Origin: Raillietiella orientalis
Taxonomy: Eukaryota
Direction of reading: 5' to 3'
Assembly: GCA_036172245.1 (NCBI GenBank)
Contig: JAYWIR010000001.1
Coordinates: 7,750,001 to 7,814,000, forward strand
DNA length: 64,000 nucleotides
The translations under genes and the position numbers were made by a program. Under the pieces are notes generated by a model, which was given only the letters and a program-made list of their open reading frames with translations, did no database searches and was not told the origin of the DNA. Position 1 is the stretch's first letter, and the number at the start of each line of letters is the position of its first letter. Below are positions 26,201 through 39,857 of the stretch, one piece after another.

Positions 26201-28144
26201 GGACATGCACGGTGGCGGGTCAGTCGCCCGAAAGCGGGAGCAGCCCTGAGGGCACCCCTTCTCGCCTGAGAGGTCCCTCTCCCGGAGAGGCAGCAGGTAG
26301 GCAGAAAGGAAAACAGGAGGCGAGATCACCATGAATGCGTCTGCATGGTCGGAAACTTGAAAGCAGGGGTAGGCTCGCGAGGGAAGACGGGGGGAGATCG
26401 GTCCACGACTTTTGGCTCCCGTGATGGAAGCGCCTGGGAGGAAAGAGAGAGAGCACCAGACAGGGAAAACGGGAGCACACACCAGGCCAAAACTGGGGGT
26501 CGAGGAAAGGCAAAGGAGGGAGGGGAAGGCGTGCAACAGCGTTTGCCCTTGGTGGCGACCTGCCCTCATTGCCTTCAAAGCAGCAGCAGGGAGAAATGCT
26601 GGTGGGACCAGGAAGAACCAAGAGGACGAAGAAGAGGAATCGCGCCGACCGTCAGGAAGCGCTCGTTGAAGTGAGGGTCCAGGGAAGGGATGGGGGGGGG
26701 GGAAGAGGGGAGGAAAGGGCACAGCAAAACATTTCTGTTCGTCGTGGGTTCTTCCTGGGGCAGGTGGCAGCAACAATAGCTTAACCGGAGCGCTCAATGG
26801 GTCCCGGAGCTTCACGGAGGAGAGCGGGACGAAGTCCCCACAGTGTGTGTGTGTGGAGGGGGAGAGTAGGGAAAGAGGAGGACGAGAAGCGGAGTAAGCT
26901 AGCGTTCCTTCCCTTTCCCCCCCCCCCCTCCGTGTTGACCATGTTTAGGTCGCGACCTCTCTTGCTCTTGACCCTGCTGCCCCCTGCTCTTGCTGTTGTT
27001 CCTCCTCTTCCTGCCGATTTTGGTTCCCACCTCGCGGTTCCTGATTCTGTGACCTTCTTCCTCCTCACCCTCATTTTGCTTCCTCCGGTTGTTGCCGCTG
27101 ATGACTCCTCCTCTTGCTGTTCTTTCTGAGGCTTATTCTTTCCTTCGTCCCCCCTCCTCCTCCTTCTCTTCCTCCTCGTTACCGCTTGATGTCCCAGCTG
27201 CTGGCGGCCCCGTTCTTGTCTGCCTGCTTTCTTTTCCCACACCACCATCCAGGCGGCCAGCCGTGACGGCCACGTGTTGGTGCGACGACGGCGCAGCCGC
27301 AGCAGGCGGGCTCCGTCCACGGGAGCGAACTCGCCCTGTATCGGAACGCGAGGCTCCTCCTTCCCTTACCGAGCTTTTCATTCGATTTTTATTCTGCGTT
27401 TTTTTTATTGCCGTTCCCCTCCGCCTTCGCCTCCCCCCGCAGCGCGGGCGCGGCGCGGCGTGCCGTGGCACGGGGTGTCCGCGAATCGACGTACACTCCC
27501 CCCTCCCTCCCTCCCAGCTCGTCGCTCCTGCCTCGGGAGGATAACAGGAAGATTTCTCAAAGGCTGCGGCGCTGCGAGTGTCTCTCCTCCGGGCTGAACC
27601 CTGTCGAGCACGCGGAACCTGTCAGTCCCGCAGGAAAAGGAACGAGGAGGGAGGGCGAGAAAGCAGTGTGACAAGAAAAAGGAGCGCGCGCAGCAGCAGC
27701 AGCAGCAGCAGCGGCAGAGCTATGCGGCGGACCCACGCGCTTTCACGAAAGAGGCCATGCAATGGGGAAAGGGGAGTAAGGGAGAGCGGAAGGACCGAAA
27801 GGGGAGAAAGAAGGAAAACATCCTTCTCCCGCCATCCCCGCCTCCAACCCCCGTCTGCTTCACCTTTGCATTCTTCCCGAGTTTCGTCATGAATCCGCGC
27901 CGATGCTATTGCCTCCGACCTCCGTGACGCACGCTTCCCGCGCGCGCTTCGAGCGAGGAAGCGACTGCCCGCGCGAGCGAGCGCGACGACACTGCCGCGC
28001 GCGGCCGCGCACTTTCGCACCGGTCGCCCATTGTTGATCTAAGAATGGCGGCAGTTGCGCACGTGTTCGTGACCAGCTAGGACGCGGGCGGCGGCGTGAC
28101 CCTCGGCGCGCGGCTTTGCTCGCGCGCGCGCGTGCGCGCGCTAC

Positions 28145-28646
28145 GAGGAGGAGGAGGAGGAGGAGGAGGAGGAGGAGGAAGAAGGAAGGAAAGAGGAGAG
28201 GAGGGAGGAGGAGGGAGCGAGGGCGCGGGCGGACGGGCGGGAGGAGGAGGAGGAAGGAGGGAAAGGAAAAAGTCAGCTCCTGCGGGAGGAGGAAGGCGAC
28301 GGCGTCGCGCGAGGCCCACCCTCTCCGCATCTCGGCCTGCGCTCGCTCCGCTCACTCGCTCGCTCGGGTTGCCATCGCTACCGCCGCGGCCTTCCTCGTT
28401 TGATGTTCCGCCGCAGCTCGCCTCGATCCGCGCTCTTCGCTCCTCTGTCGTCGTCGTCGTCGCCGCCGTCGCCTTCGTCGTAGCCGTCGCCTTCATCGCC
28501 GCCCTGGTGCCGCCGCCGCCGCCGCCGCCGCCGCCGTTCTCCGCGGGAGGTGCCTTCTGGGAGAGAGAGAGAGACTAGGAGCGCCACGCGTCCCCGGGCT
28601 TGGCGGGAAGGAGCATCGTCGCTCGATTCCGCGCTTGGATGCTGGC

Positions 28647-28677
<31 letters not shown>
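28145..28677. repeat. Cluster of trinucleotide microsatellites (GAG)n, (GTC)n, (GCC)n, (GCA)n
   Basis: (GAG)n ~28145-28177, (GTC)n ~28448-28461, (GCC)n 28509-28536, (GCA)n ~28649-28677. Confidence 0.9.
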
Positions 28678-28678
<1 letters not shown>

Positions 28679-28689
28679 GACGGCCAGGG

Positions 28690-28706
28690 ATGCGCATCAA
28701 TCCGAG
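28690..28706 (+). CDS. Candidate first coding exon segment (MRINP+AG), possibly the papilin start
   Basis: ATG CGC ATC AAT CCG AG|gtaaag has a strong donor and is phase 2, matching the 46212 acceptor to give [18 protein letters not shown]. It lies at the end of a CpG/triplet-rich 5'UTR-like tract. The link across 17.5 kb is inference only. Confidence 0.35.
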
Positions 28707-31700
28707 GTAAAGTCTTCAGCATCTTTCTTTCTGTTATGCGTGCGTGTTGCGATGTGTGCGTGCGTCCGTGTGCGTGCGAGGGCCCGGACCTCTTCCACCT
28801 TGCTGTTCGAATCCCCACCCCCCATCTTCCTGCCTTCACCCCTACACTTCCCGTCGCTCGCTCGGCAGCCAGTGATGTCACGGGCGCGGGCGTTTCGTCC
28901 TCCTCCCCCACCTTCACCCCCCTCACGCCCCCCGGTTGTCTCTGGACCCTTTCCCTCGTCGGAAAGTCCTTCCCCCTTTCTTTGCACTCCAGCGTGACAC
29001 TTCCTTCTCCCCCCCCCTCCCTTCTCCTCGTTTGACCTCCCGCCGTTCTCCCCTGTCCTGCTCCTGTCCACCTACTCCCGGTATGAATCTTCCTAGGAGA
29101 ACAAAAAGTGAGGGAAAAAAGGGAAGAGGGTCCACGGGGGAAGGGGAAGGGGAAGTACCTTGAAGACCGCGAGGGCCGTCCTCCTGGAGGCGGCGCGTGC
29201 ATGAATGCGTGCTTAGGGGGCGCAGATAGGGAATGTCCGAGAGAAAGCTGGAGTCTTGCGACCTTCGCGAACCGTTTCCCTCAGTGAGCTGCATGCAGAG
29301 GGAGCTGACCAATGCCCATCTTGGCTTTAAGGGGCAGATCGCCTCCATCAACTTCTCCCTTCCTCGTCCTGCACTTGCAGTGCGACCAGGGTCGTCCTGA
29401 AACGGCGATCCCGAGAGAACCGTTTCTGGGCGGCGATGACTGGATAAGAGGACGGGCGAGGGGGAAAGGCTGGCGCTTGGCATCGTTCGAATGCGGCCCA
29501 ACGGCCCTCGTCCCTCCCCTGCGCCTCGTCTCACAGCCAGGTGGGGAGGATCGGGCAGCCGGGAAAATCTGCCGTCTCCCCCTTCGTTCGCGGGAGTGGG
29601 GGAGTGAAGGACTTCCCTTAGTTCATGCTTTCCCCCCCACTTCCTCCGCCTTCTCCAACGGCCGCCGCTGCAACGCAGTGCTTCAGAAGAGCCGCTATCG
29701 CTCTCCCGCTTCTTGTGCATCTCGGAAAGCCCGGAAGGGAGGGGAGGGGAGAGGGAAGAAGGAGGAGGCTGTGGCAGGGGAGGGGGGGAATGGAAGGTCG
29801 CGTTCCCCAGTCGTCGCCAGAGGATCACCGCCGGGTTGGGAGGAAGGACGCCCTTCCTCCAGGATGGGCAACTCCTGGAGCGGAGGTGGCGAGGGATTCC
29901 TCCGGCCTTGGGACAAAGACAGCTCCAAGGGTTTCAGCTACATCCTTCTCCCTCCCTTCTACCCCTTCCCTCTCTTTTCTCCCGGCGGTCCATTCCCTAC
30001 TCTCCCGTCTCCGTCGACCCGGCGCATAGACGAGCAACGGATCCTGGGGAGAGCAGCCACCCAGGATCCATAGCATCCTGAGGGAGGGGGTCCAACTTCC
30101 ACTCTGGTCCCGCCTCCCCTTCTAACCGCGCACGCTTGCTGAGAGAAAGCGCGGGTCCCATCCAGAGACCTGCCGACGGTGTGCATGGTGTGCCGACGGG
30201 TCAGCTGACCCCTATTCCCTGGTTTTTCCCGTCCCACGCGCCTCCTTTCCTTCCCTTTCGCCTCCCGGAGCAGCAGCACTTCTCCCGTCCCCCACATCCG
30301 CTCACGGTTGCCGCCACCCCGTAGGCTTGCAGCCATCAGCTGAAACGGACGCAGTCCCAGGGAGTTCCTTCTTCCCCCACTCTCCAGACGGCTGGGCGGA
30401 TGGGACTCCGAGCTGGCGGGGGACCACGCCAAGCAAGGGGAAGGAGATTTTCCTCCTCTTCTTGGCATTCGGAACGTCAGATCGCTTCCTCCCAGTGCTG
30501 GGCGCGTTTCCTGAGCCCTACTTTCCCCGAGGGAAGCGCGTCCTGGAAGTATTCGAGGGAAGGCGCGCGTGTGCGCCGGTTCAGACGGCGGAGGGAAGAC
30601 GAAAGGAGGGGGCGGAAACCTAGCCGGCCTCAGGCGACGGCTGCGGGCGACGTCGTCGCCGCCGTCGATGGCGCGGGGAGAAGCGGACAGGCGATCGCGC
30701 CGCCGCCACCGCGAGCGGGAGAGCTCGTCCATCGCTCCGGCACCCTCCTCTCCCCTTTCCACTCCCCCTCCACCTCTCCTCCCGCCTCCGCTCTTTGCCG
30801 ATGACTCTCTCGGACACAATAAATCAGTCGGGAGGGGTTCACGGCAGTGGGTCCCGCGGCGATTCCGGCCGAGGTCACCACGAGCGGAGGCGGCGGACGG
30901 GAGGGGAGGTATGTGCGTGGGGGGGGGGGGAGGGAGGAAACCCTTTTATCCAGCTTGGGGGGGGAGGGAACGGGAGAAAGGCGCGGGACTCTCTCCGAAG
31001 GTCTCCGAACTTATTTGGAGGGGGGAGAGAGAGGAGAAGGAAAGTGGGGAAGAGGGGGGAGTGGGGTGGAAGCTGGCCTCATCCTAGCTGTTGCCTTCTT
31101 CCCGGACTGGAATCAGCATTCCTCCTCCTCTGAGGGCGCATGGGCGCGCTTCCTCTGAAAACTCGCCGCCAGTGGCGGCGGCGAGCAGAGCAGCGCGAAG
31201 CGCGAAGCTCCCCTTTCTGGGAAGACAAGGAAGAGGGACTCACCCTGGAGGATAGACGGGAGTCTCGACAGATGCGGCCCTCTAGGAGGAAAGGACATCT
31301 CCTTTCGGTCCTTCTTTACATGCCTTGCATCCCTCCCTTTCCCAGGCGGAAATTCCAGACGGGATCCCGTGGTGGAAGCGACGGTTCCTTTCGCGTCCCG
31401 GATTTCCGAGGAGTTGGAAGGGAAGCAGCGAGGAGGAAGGGAGGTTCGGAAGTTGTCCTTCCGGGGGGCCTCCTGTGTGCGAATGGCTCTCTCCCCAATC
31501 TTTTGGCGGCGACAGCGGTAACAGCTCCAGGACACGCCTCTGGCTGTCCTGGAACCACGCTGGAAGGGGAACGTGGACTCGCAAAGGTGGAGCAAAAGGC
31601 CGAAAGTGGAAGGGGAAGAGGTGGAAGAGCGTCCGCGCGACTGCTCCGCCGAGAGGGTGCGCGCGCCGCTTCGAAGGTGGGAGAACAGCACGCGTGTAAG

Positions 31701-34700
31701 GGGAGTCTGCTGACACGGCATTCGCGAGGAATCCCACGGCCCCACGAGCCGGTCCGTCGCCCGTGCAACGGCCGAGAGGCAACGAATGGTGGCGGAAGGG
31801 GGTGAGAGCAAGAGGGACGGCGGCAGAGAAACTGGGGCCCTGCACGTGACGTTGGATCTCTCGTGGGTGGCTGAGCGCACGCGCAGCAGTGGATAGGCAC
31901 GCACTCACTTAGCGGGCGTGAGAAGGGGGCGTGAGGAGGAGGGGGAAAGGCCCGCGACATGCGCGCATCCGCCTCATCGGCAAAGTCTTCGACACTTCCT
32001 GGAGCTTCCGGGAAAGGAAAGAAAAGGAGGGGGACGGCGATCGGAACCCTGCCCCACCCTGCACGCGAGATCTTGAAACCGCCAACGATTCCTTATGCGG
32101 GGGTGGCAAGGGACGGGCGAGGAGGAAGCGACCCCGGCGGCGATCATCTCCCCAATCCGGAAATTGCAGAGTGAGGGAACTTGCATGTGAGAGAAGGACA
32201 GAAGGCGGGCCGGGAGCCCCTCGACCTTTTAAGAGGGGTCTCCCATTTAAAAACCTCCCCATCCTTGCGAGGGCTCCCATCCTGAGGACTTGACTACAGG
32301 CGCGCCGAAACCTTACTTCGCCTTCTTCATCCGGAAGCTGGTCGGAAGGGCAGCAAAAGACGGACAGCAGGGCAGAAGGGAGGGAGGGAGGAGGAGGAGA
32401 GTTGACCTTCTCGCCCTCCACCCTCCTTTTCTCTCCCTCCGCAGCCGTTGGCGTCCGAAGAATCTGCTTGGTCGAGGAGAGCAGCACAGACGTCCCCCAC
32501 TCTTGAGACGGAGCGAGGACGTTTGTGCTGCTCTCCTCGAGTAGGGAAAACGAGGGGAAGCGACTGCCTCCCGCGAGCGGAAGAGACTCCCCTCCCCGCC
32601 CCCCCCCGTAGAGATCATGACGGGAATACCGGGGATACCTCGCGCGGCCTTGAGCCTCCCAGCTCGCGGCTCTCCCTGTCCTTCCTTCCCTCCGAGCATC
32701 TTCCTGGAACCTGGAACGCCCCCATCCCTTATCGGAACAGGGAGACAGAACAGTTCCCTCCCCCTCCTGTCCGCTACGGCAGCAGCCGACGTGGCCGCTG
32801 CGTTTCGTCTGGCGGAGCGGATGCTCAGCTGGTGGTGGCGGCACCGCTGCGGGTCCGTCCTTCCGGTTGTTCTCCGCGTCCTGACGCGTTCTCGTGCGTC
32901 CCGGGGCCGGGCCAGGTCCTCTCCCTTTCGGCGGTGGCGGCGGCGTTTCATGACTGCCGCTGCTGTCGCTTTCGGAAACCGCACTTCCGGCAGATGCGAA
33001 CCCCCCTCCTCTCCCTTTTCCTCTCCCTTCCCGATGCCGTCCCTCCTCGCGCGCGTGCGCGGGGCCCGAGAGGCGCGCGCTCTACCAGGGAGCAAAAAAA
33101 TTCCCGCTCTGCCGGCAATTCCGGCCCCTCCTCCACCCTTCGTACTGGCACGCAACCCCTTCTTCCCTGTCGCCGCATGCTCCCTCTCGAACTCTCGTGG
33201 AAGGGGGAGGGGAGGGGTTGTGACGTCACGGCTGCCGCCGCCGGTGAGGAGCGCGCGAGTCCCCACTTTTCTTTCCGTGCTCTCCTCCTCTGACTTTCGC
33301 TGTCTGGGCAGCGAAGGTGCGTTAGCGGGAGAGGAGGCTTCAGTCGTCTTGAGGAGCAGGAAGTCGCTCCGGGGATTCAGGGAATTCGGGAGCTTCCGGG
33401 AACGGAAAATTTTTCGTTTGTTTGCGTTCGCTTTGGTATCCCAGCATTTCGCCGCCCTTGAGCGAGTTCGCTGCCTGCCCTCCTCCGTCTGCACCCACCA
33501 CCTCGCTCTTCACGCCAGAGGGTGACCATCCGTTTGCCGTCTGATGCGAGGGCGCGCAGGTCCCCCAGGGTCAGGAAGAGGAAGGAAAAAAACAACAGCA
33601 AGGAGACCCTGCCCTCTGCACCTTTCCTGCCCTTCCCCTCTCCTTCCCCCGCTTTCTCCGAATCCCGCGGGATAGGGACGTCTTGGCGGTTTCGGCGCAC
33701 GCTTCCGGGTCGCCGCTTTGGGGGAGGGGAGGATCAGGCGGACCAGCAGTACCGGGAGACTTTGCACGCTTCGTGGGCGCAGAGAGGGGATCCTCTCTTC
33801 CCTCTCGGATGCGCCTTGCAGAGCTCACTCGCCACCCTGACCCCAGACCTCCTTCGTGCCCTCAGGGGAAGAAAGGGGAGCTCTTCGAGAGATGGCGCAG
33901 CGGCGGCCTCGGTGAGGGGGCACGCCCATAGTCTTTTTCTAGAGGCGAATCATGCCCCGAGGGGGCGGAGGAGAGAAAAAGGGAGCCTCCGGCGTTGCTC
34001 GGTTGCGGAAGGCCGAGGAGGAATGCAGCAGTGACTTTTCCCCTGCTGGTGCACCCCGCCGGAGGGCGTGAATCTGCCGCTGCCGTCTCCCGAGTTGGCG
34101 GCCTGCTGCTCCCCGGAGCGAGCTCAAGCTCCGATGGGTAGCGGTAGGGAGGGGGGGGGGGTCTGGAGGGGAAGTGTCTTCGTCGATTGGCTCTCTCGCT
34201 GCGCGTCTCCTCGTCGCCTCGTGAGGGCGGCGAGGAGACGCGCGGGCGTAACGTCACGCCCGCGGGAAGGAGGGAACTCAGCGTCGAGGGAAAGCCAGGA
34301 AAGATGGGGTGGGGGGCGGGATGAAACGGTAGCGGCGACGGGAGGCGAAATTCATCCCGGAACTCTGGAACGTTGCGCATCCCGCGAACCTTCTTCCTCC
34401 CATCGTCGCCATCGTCCTTCTCCGCCGTTCCCCGCTTCTTCTCCTTTCCCGGCGATTCGCCTCCCCTCCCCTCATAGAAGTTCGGGATCCAGCTTCCGGT
34501 CCGTGCATCCCACAGCGTGGTACGTAGCCGGCATGGGGAAGATGCGACGCGCAGGTAGGGAGGAAATCTCTCGGAGGTGGACTCTGATCTCCCCTAGAGC
34601 GCTCCACTCTTCCTGGACGCCCCTACTTGCTTGCTTCGCGCCTGTTGCCCCGAGAAACGGCTCGCTCCCAAGGTCCGTCTTTGCCGGGCAAGGAGACGAG

Positions 34701-37700
34701 ACGATTCGTCTCTACTCCCCCCCCTCTCCACCCTCCCTTCCCCGTGACGGTGACGGATGAAAGCTGTCCGTTTGGTGATGGGAGGAGACAGGAGGAAGCA
34801 CGCGTCACCGCGGTGACGAGCACAAAGCGGGCCGCCCGCCTTTCTCTCCCCCTCCTCCCCTCCCCTTCCGGAGTTCGAGGGCCTTGGCGTGTCGGATTTC
34901 CCTTCTTCCTTGTCCCTCTGGAGCGCCTGGTCTTCCTTCTCCCCATCCTCAACCCCGGGGAAACGTTCGGCTTTTGGTGGTCCTTGGAGCCCGGAGGAGG
35001 ACTCTGTGCGGACCAAGGAGATCACCTCGGGTCTCCCCCTTCCCCTCTTTCTCCCTTGAGCGAGAGCACGCGTCATCCTCTCCTGGATTCCAAAGAGTCG
35101 TCGCAGGTCCTTGGGGAGGTGCGCGCACGCTAGGAGAACGACGGACGTAGTCTGCGCAGCCTGAGGGGGGGGGGGGGAAGCGGCTGCGGCCTTCCGAAGG
35201 AAGGCGGGAGCATCTCGCCGCTGCCGGTCCATCTCTCTCTCATCCCCTCCCAGCGTTCCTTCTCACGTATCCTGTCGGGTCAATTCTCTGCGGATTCGCC
35301 GCCCTCCCCGTCCTCTCTGGCGCTGTGCCAGCCGCGACTCTCTCCCCACCTCCATCCCCCTTACGTCGGCTCGTTTTCCTGCATGCGCGGCTCCCACAGG
35401 GGAGCGCGGGGCCTTTCTCTCCATTTCGAGCCCCTACTCCAGACCGTGCCTCGCGTCACCTTTGTTCGTCACCAAGGTGACACGCGGGAGGGGGGCTTTC
35501 GTTATGATGGAAAAACTCCGGGACAAGACTTTCAGAAGGGGAGCGGTCGAGCTTACGCGGATGGGGCGCATCGCCCCCGTCCGTAGGAGACGAGAGGAAG
35601 GAATTCGGAAAGTGGCGCCCTGCCGCACTGCCGCCACTTGGAGCTTCCAGAAGCCGGCGGAAGATGGCGTTTGAAAAAAAGAGAAAAAAAAAACACGCAA
35701 AAAAGATGAAATGGAAGAAGCACGTGGCATGAAACAACCCAGCCCAGATGCAGCCGCAGCATCTGCCCTCCCCCCTCCCCCGCTTTGAATAGGGGATTCC
35801 CTCCCTCTCCTGCGGCAAGATAGCTAGGGCGGCGGCGGACGCGAAAGAGAACGCACAGAGGAAGGGAAAATTTCGGCTCGGCAGACGCAAGCGTCCGAGG
35901 ACCACCCACCCCACCCCTTTCCTTCTTTGCGCTCGCCACAGGTTTTGCTGTGCCCTTTTCTTGCCGTCTCCAAGCGGGCAAGATCGCGAGCGAAGCGAAA
36001 GCTGCGCGTGCGGTCCCTCGAACGGACTCCGCGGATAGCAGTGGTGCTGCGCTCTAGAGATCGCCTCGTAACGGACCTCTAGAGATCGTCTCCGAGCTGT
36101 GCAGCCATTTTTGTTTCCTTTTTTTTTTTTTTTTTTTTTTGCGTCCTCCCCCCTTTTCTCCCCCTTGTCATTCGTGCCTTTTGCTGACCTCTCTTTTTTT
36201 TTTTTCGTGTCGGTTGTCCAGGGACGTTCCTGGATTGCTTCGCCCTCCGGGGAAATGCCTGGGCGGGAAAGTCAGCACGTTGTCCCGGCACCTCTCTCGA
36301 GAGCCCTGCTCGGCTGTGATCGACACGTTTCCGTTCCTCCCACTCCAGAGGAGGAGGGGAGCCGCTCCTCAGCGACGGACCCGGGTAACGGTCGCCTTTT
36401 TACCGGGAGCATTGCTTCGTGACCGTGGGACCAGGTCGGATCCCGTCCGAAACGGCCTCTAGGCAGTCAGTTCATCGCATCCTCACCATCCACTCCCTCC
36501 CTCCGCGTGGGCGACGTGATCCCAGCTTTGGGAGTGCCGGCAAACAGTGCCGCAGCCGCCATATTCCCTCATGAACAACCGTGGCAGTGGTGGCAGCGTG
36601 CTTCCCGCCAACATTGCAATCTTCTCATCCTGCTGTTCCCTTCTTCCTTTTTTTTTTAAAAAAAAAAAATTGTTTTGTTGTGAAGAAAGTGTTCCCGAAA
36701 GTCCCTGAGAGGAACCCTTGAGAATCGCTGGGACCGATTCCATTTTCACAGGCATCCAACGTCTTGTGGCGGTGGTGGTGGTGGGCAGGGAGTGACTTCT
36801 TCGTTGGTCTCGATCCAGTAAGATTCCAATTCCCCCCCTTCTCCCCCCCCCCTTTTTCAATCAAAATCCCTTCTCTCTCCTTTTCTCCGGAAGATTTTTT
36901 TCTTCTTCTTCATCTTTTTCTTTGTGTGCGTCCTTGCAAGAGTGGAGGAGAGCCGTCGCTGCACTCGGCGGCGCGAGAAATCCAAACTCGAGCTACGGAG
37001 GCTGAGACTCTTTCTGCTGTTTTTGTTTTCCCTCTCGGAAAGGAAGGAAGCCTTTTGCCGTTGATGCTGCCGCCTCGGCACATCCCCGCTCTGCGTTCCT
37101 CCCACCTTTCGCGTCTCCAAGGGCGGCGGCGAATCTCCCCCCCCCCTCCTCCAGATGCCTTCCCGCTGAGGAGGGGGCGAAGCGTGACCGCAGCGGCTAG
37201 GGAGGAGGAACCTCGGTGTAACCGACCTGCAGCATCATCCGGGGAATCCCGGAAGCGGAGGCTGGGAATTCCGAGTTTCGCGCTGCCTGCCCTCGTCCGC
37301 TACAGGGACCACCGAGGAGCGGAGATGCGTGCGCATCGCCCATCGCGGCGAGGCGCGCCCTCTTCACGATGCGCGGCTCCCGACGTGTCGGGCTGCCGCC
37401 GCCCTTTCTTTCGCGCGCCTGACCACCCGTCCAAGCAGGGAGACCTCGCGAATGGGGACGCGGACATCACGACGCCGGCGACGAAGGAGCCAACTTTCCC
37501 CAAGGTCAGCACTGCCCTCCCTCCGTCAAAACGACTCAACCGCCATCATCCGCTTCGCCTTTTTTTTCCCGCACGTGCCCTCTGTGGATGCTCGGCCAAC
37601 CCACGAAGCATCCGCCCCGCGCGTGTCGATCTCCTCCTCAGACATTTCCCCGCGGACCATCTTCAACCAGCATCCTCCGGTTCGGCTTTAATTGGCCGCC

Positions 37701-39723
37701 GAGATCCTCCCCGAGACAGACCCTGGTGTTCCCGAGGCAACGGGCCATCTACCGGTGGCCCGCCTCGAGGCCAAGGAAGTGTCATGGCAGCAGCACCCCT
37801 TGCTGCGTGTACACCGCTTCTTACCGACCCACGCTCCCATGCCCATCCCCAAGCGCCCATCGCTACGTGGAGAGAGTGCGGGATGCGCCCGGATCGCCCT
37901 GAGGACGCTGTCTTTTCGGGAGCGAACGTGCGCGCATCTGGAGGCGTCTTCTGCAGTTCGGGATGGGAGCCGCGCGCGCGTGCGCGGAAGACTCCGTGAA
38001 GTTCAGGAGGGTTCCGGGTCGCAGCGGAAGACCCGCGCAAGGAGGAGGAGGAGCAGCGGCGCTGCTCCGGTTCTCCATCTCCTCTCTCTTCCGCGTTTCC
38101 GCTAGAGCACGCACAGCTCACCCCTGCCCTCCGTCGCCTTCGTGCCCGCGTCGCTGTGACCTCTTTGGGGAGGGCTCATCGACCCCCGCGAAGATTCAAC
38201 CCCGTTTCCACCTCGGCTTGCGTGCGGACGCGGCTCGCCACCAGTCTCCCTTCCAGACCGATCCGCGAGGTTGAGCCCACGACCCACTCGTGACGCCTCC
38301 TCCTCCCCCGAGTGTCGCTGCCGCGGGCGCGGAGCTGCCTCCACCGCCGCGCCTCGCTGCGAGGCGCCGAGGCGCATGGCGCGACCTTTCCCGAGGTGCG
38401 CCCGGGCAGGCGCTTTGCGTGGACGCGCGTGGGGATTGCCGGAATTCGCCCTCGGTCCCCGTCGACTCCGCAGTCCCGGATTCCTCCTCATGTCTCCCTC
38501 CCTCCCCCTAGCTCTTTCTTCCCGCGTCTGCTCCTGCCGCCTGGTGTCCACACGAAGACACGGGCATGCATTTCCTCCGTCTCGCCCGCGGGACGCTTTC
38601 GGGAAGAGGGCTGCAGGATGCCTCGGTTTCCAGGAGGTGCGCGCCTCCGAATGTTCCCTCCTTTCCATTCCCCTTCCCGATCCCGGAGCCAATGTGGCGA
38701 GCCCCCACTCTCATTCGCGGAGGGAGCGTTCTTTCGTTCTCGCGTCTTGCGGAACGCGCGGCTCCCCTTTCCTCTCCCAGTTCACCCCCTTTTCGACGTT
38801 CCGTCTTGCCCTGAGGTGCAAGCAGACGCGGAACGCCCCCAAAGACCCGCTCCTCCTCGGGGACTCGCCGCACCCGCACCTGTACGCCTCCCGAAACTTT
38901 TCCACGATATCCGTTTCGCGTGTAGGGTTTCTCCCGCCGAGAAGAGAGAGCGGGATGGGGGGGATCTCAGGATGCGCGCGCATCCCTCGGGACGCGTGCG
39001 CTTCTCTCCAGCTCCTCGGTGCAGGTCGCACGCGTCCCTCTCTCCCTTTTTGAATGGGAATGGCGTCAGAAGGGTGCGGGACCCTGGTCCCCGAGGTCAC
39101 CTCCGCCCCGGAGAAGTTCCCGAGGTGCGAGGAGGAGGTGGTCAGTCGCCGGCCCGCAGGGCGTGTGGCTCCGGATGCCTCCGAGGGGCACCCGGTAGAG
39201 AGGCGGGTCGCGCCCTCTGCGAGAACATTCCGTCCGGCATCCCGCTGCCGTCCTCCCGGCTCGGGGATGGCTCCCTTGGTTTCGAGCTGCTTTTGGAGCT
39301 TTCGACTTTCCCATGGCTGGGGTTGAGCTTTTAGAGGTTGGAATTTTTCGAGGTTCAGAGTTTTGGAATTTTTGGGGGGATTTTCACGGTTTTTGTCCTT
39401 CTGCTGCTGCTTGAAAGTTTTTTTTTTTTCCAGGGTTCGGAGTTTTTGATGTGTTTCTTTTTTTTTTTTTCCCGAGGATTCAGGGTTTTTAGGAAGCTTT
39501 CCCTGCAGGAATGAAGTCGGTAGTCGTCGGGATCGCAGGGGACGTCTGTTCTCGGCGGCCCCCCTGCTGCTACGCGCTTCCGAGCTACCGAAGGCACAGC
39601 CACCACCGCGGTTCGCATCATCGATCACGCACGCCGCTGTTGCTGCGCGAGACGGGAATCCGAGATGCCGCAGACGACTTCCATGTGCGAGGCAGGACGC
39701 AGAGCAAATTCGAAACCGCAGAA

Positions 39724-39748
39724 AGCTGCTGCTGCTGCTGCTGCTGCT
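39724..39748. repeat. (GCT)n microsatellite
   Basis: gctgctgctgctgctgctgctgctg. Confidence 0.9.
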
Positions 39749-39857
39749 GTTGCTAACCCCGGCCTGAGCCTCAAGAATAGGGGGCGTCCCAACGGATGCA
39801 ATGACGACTAGCCGTTGCCGTTCGGTCGGCACCATTCCGAGCTTTAGGGCGACTCAC

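Larger units (their letters stand above)
27900..28706 (+). promoter_or_regulatory. CpG-island-like promoter and first exon with triplet-repeat-rich 5' leader
   Basis: Dense CGCG runs, a YY1/Pho-like ATGGCGGC followed by an Inr-like GCAGTT near 28045-28056, then (GAG)n, (GTC)n, (GCC)n and (GCA)n tracts, ending at a good splice donor at 28706. Confidence 0.45.

Noticed and set aside
28800..28820. GTTCGAATCCC, a tRNA T-loop/B-box-like motif
   Set aside because: No cloverleaf stems or A box around it.
39513..39756. MKSVVVGIAGDVCS..., resembling the start of a P-loop kinase
   Set aside because: No GK[ST] motif, and the ORF ends in a (GCT)n-derived poly-Cys.
28077..39835. Many 250-410 aa ORFs on both strands (e.g. 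32313-33494, 36764-37999, 38312-39334, 38711-39835)
   Set aside because: R/P/G/S-rich low-complexity translations that overlap in several frames; explained by stop-codon scarcity at high GC.
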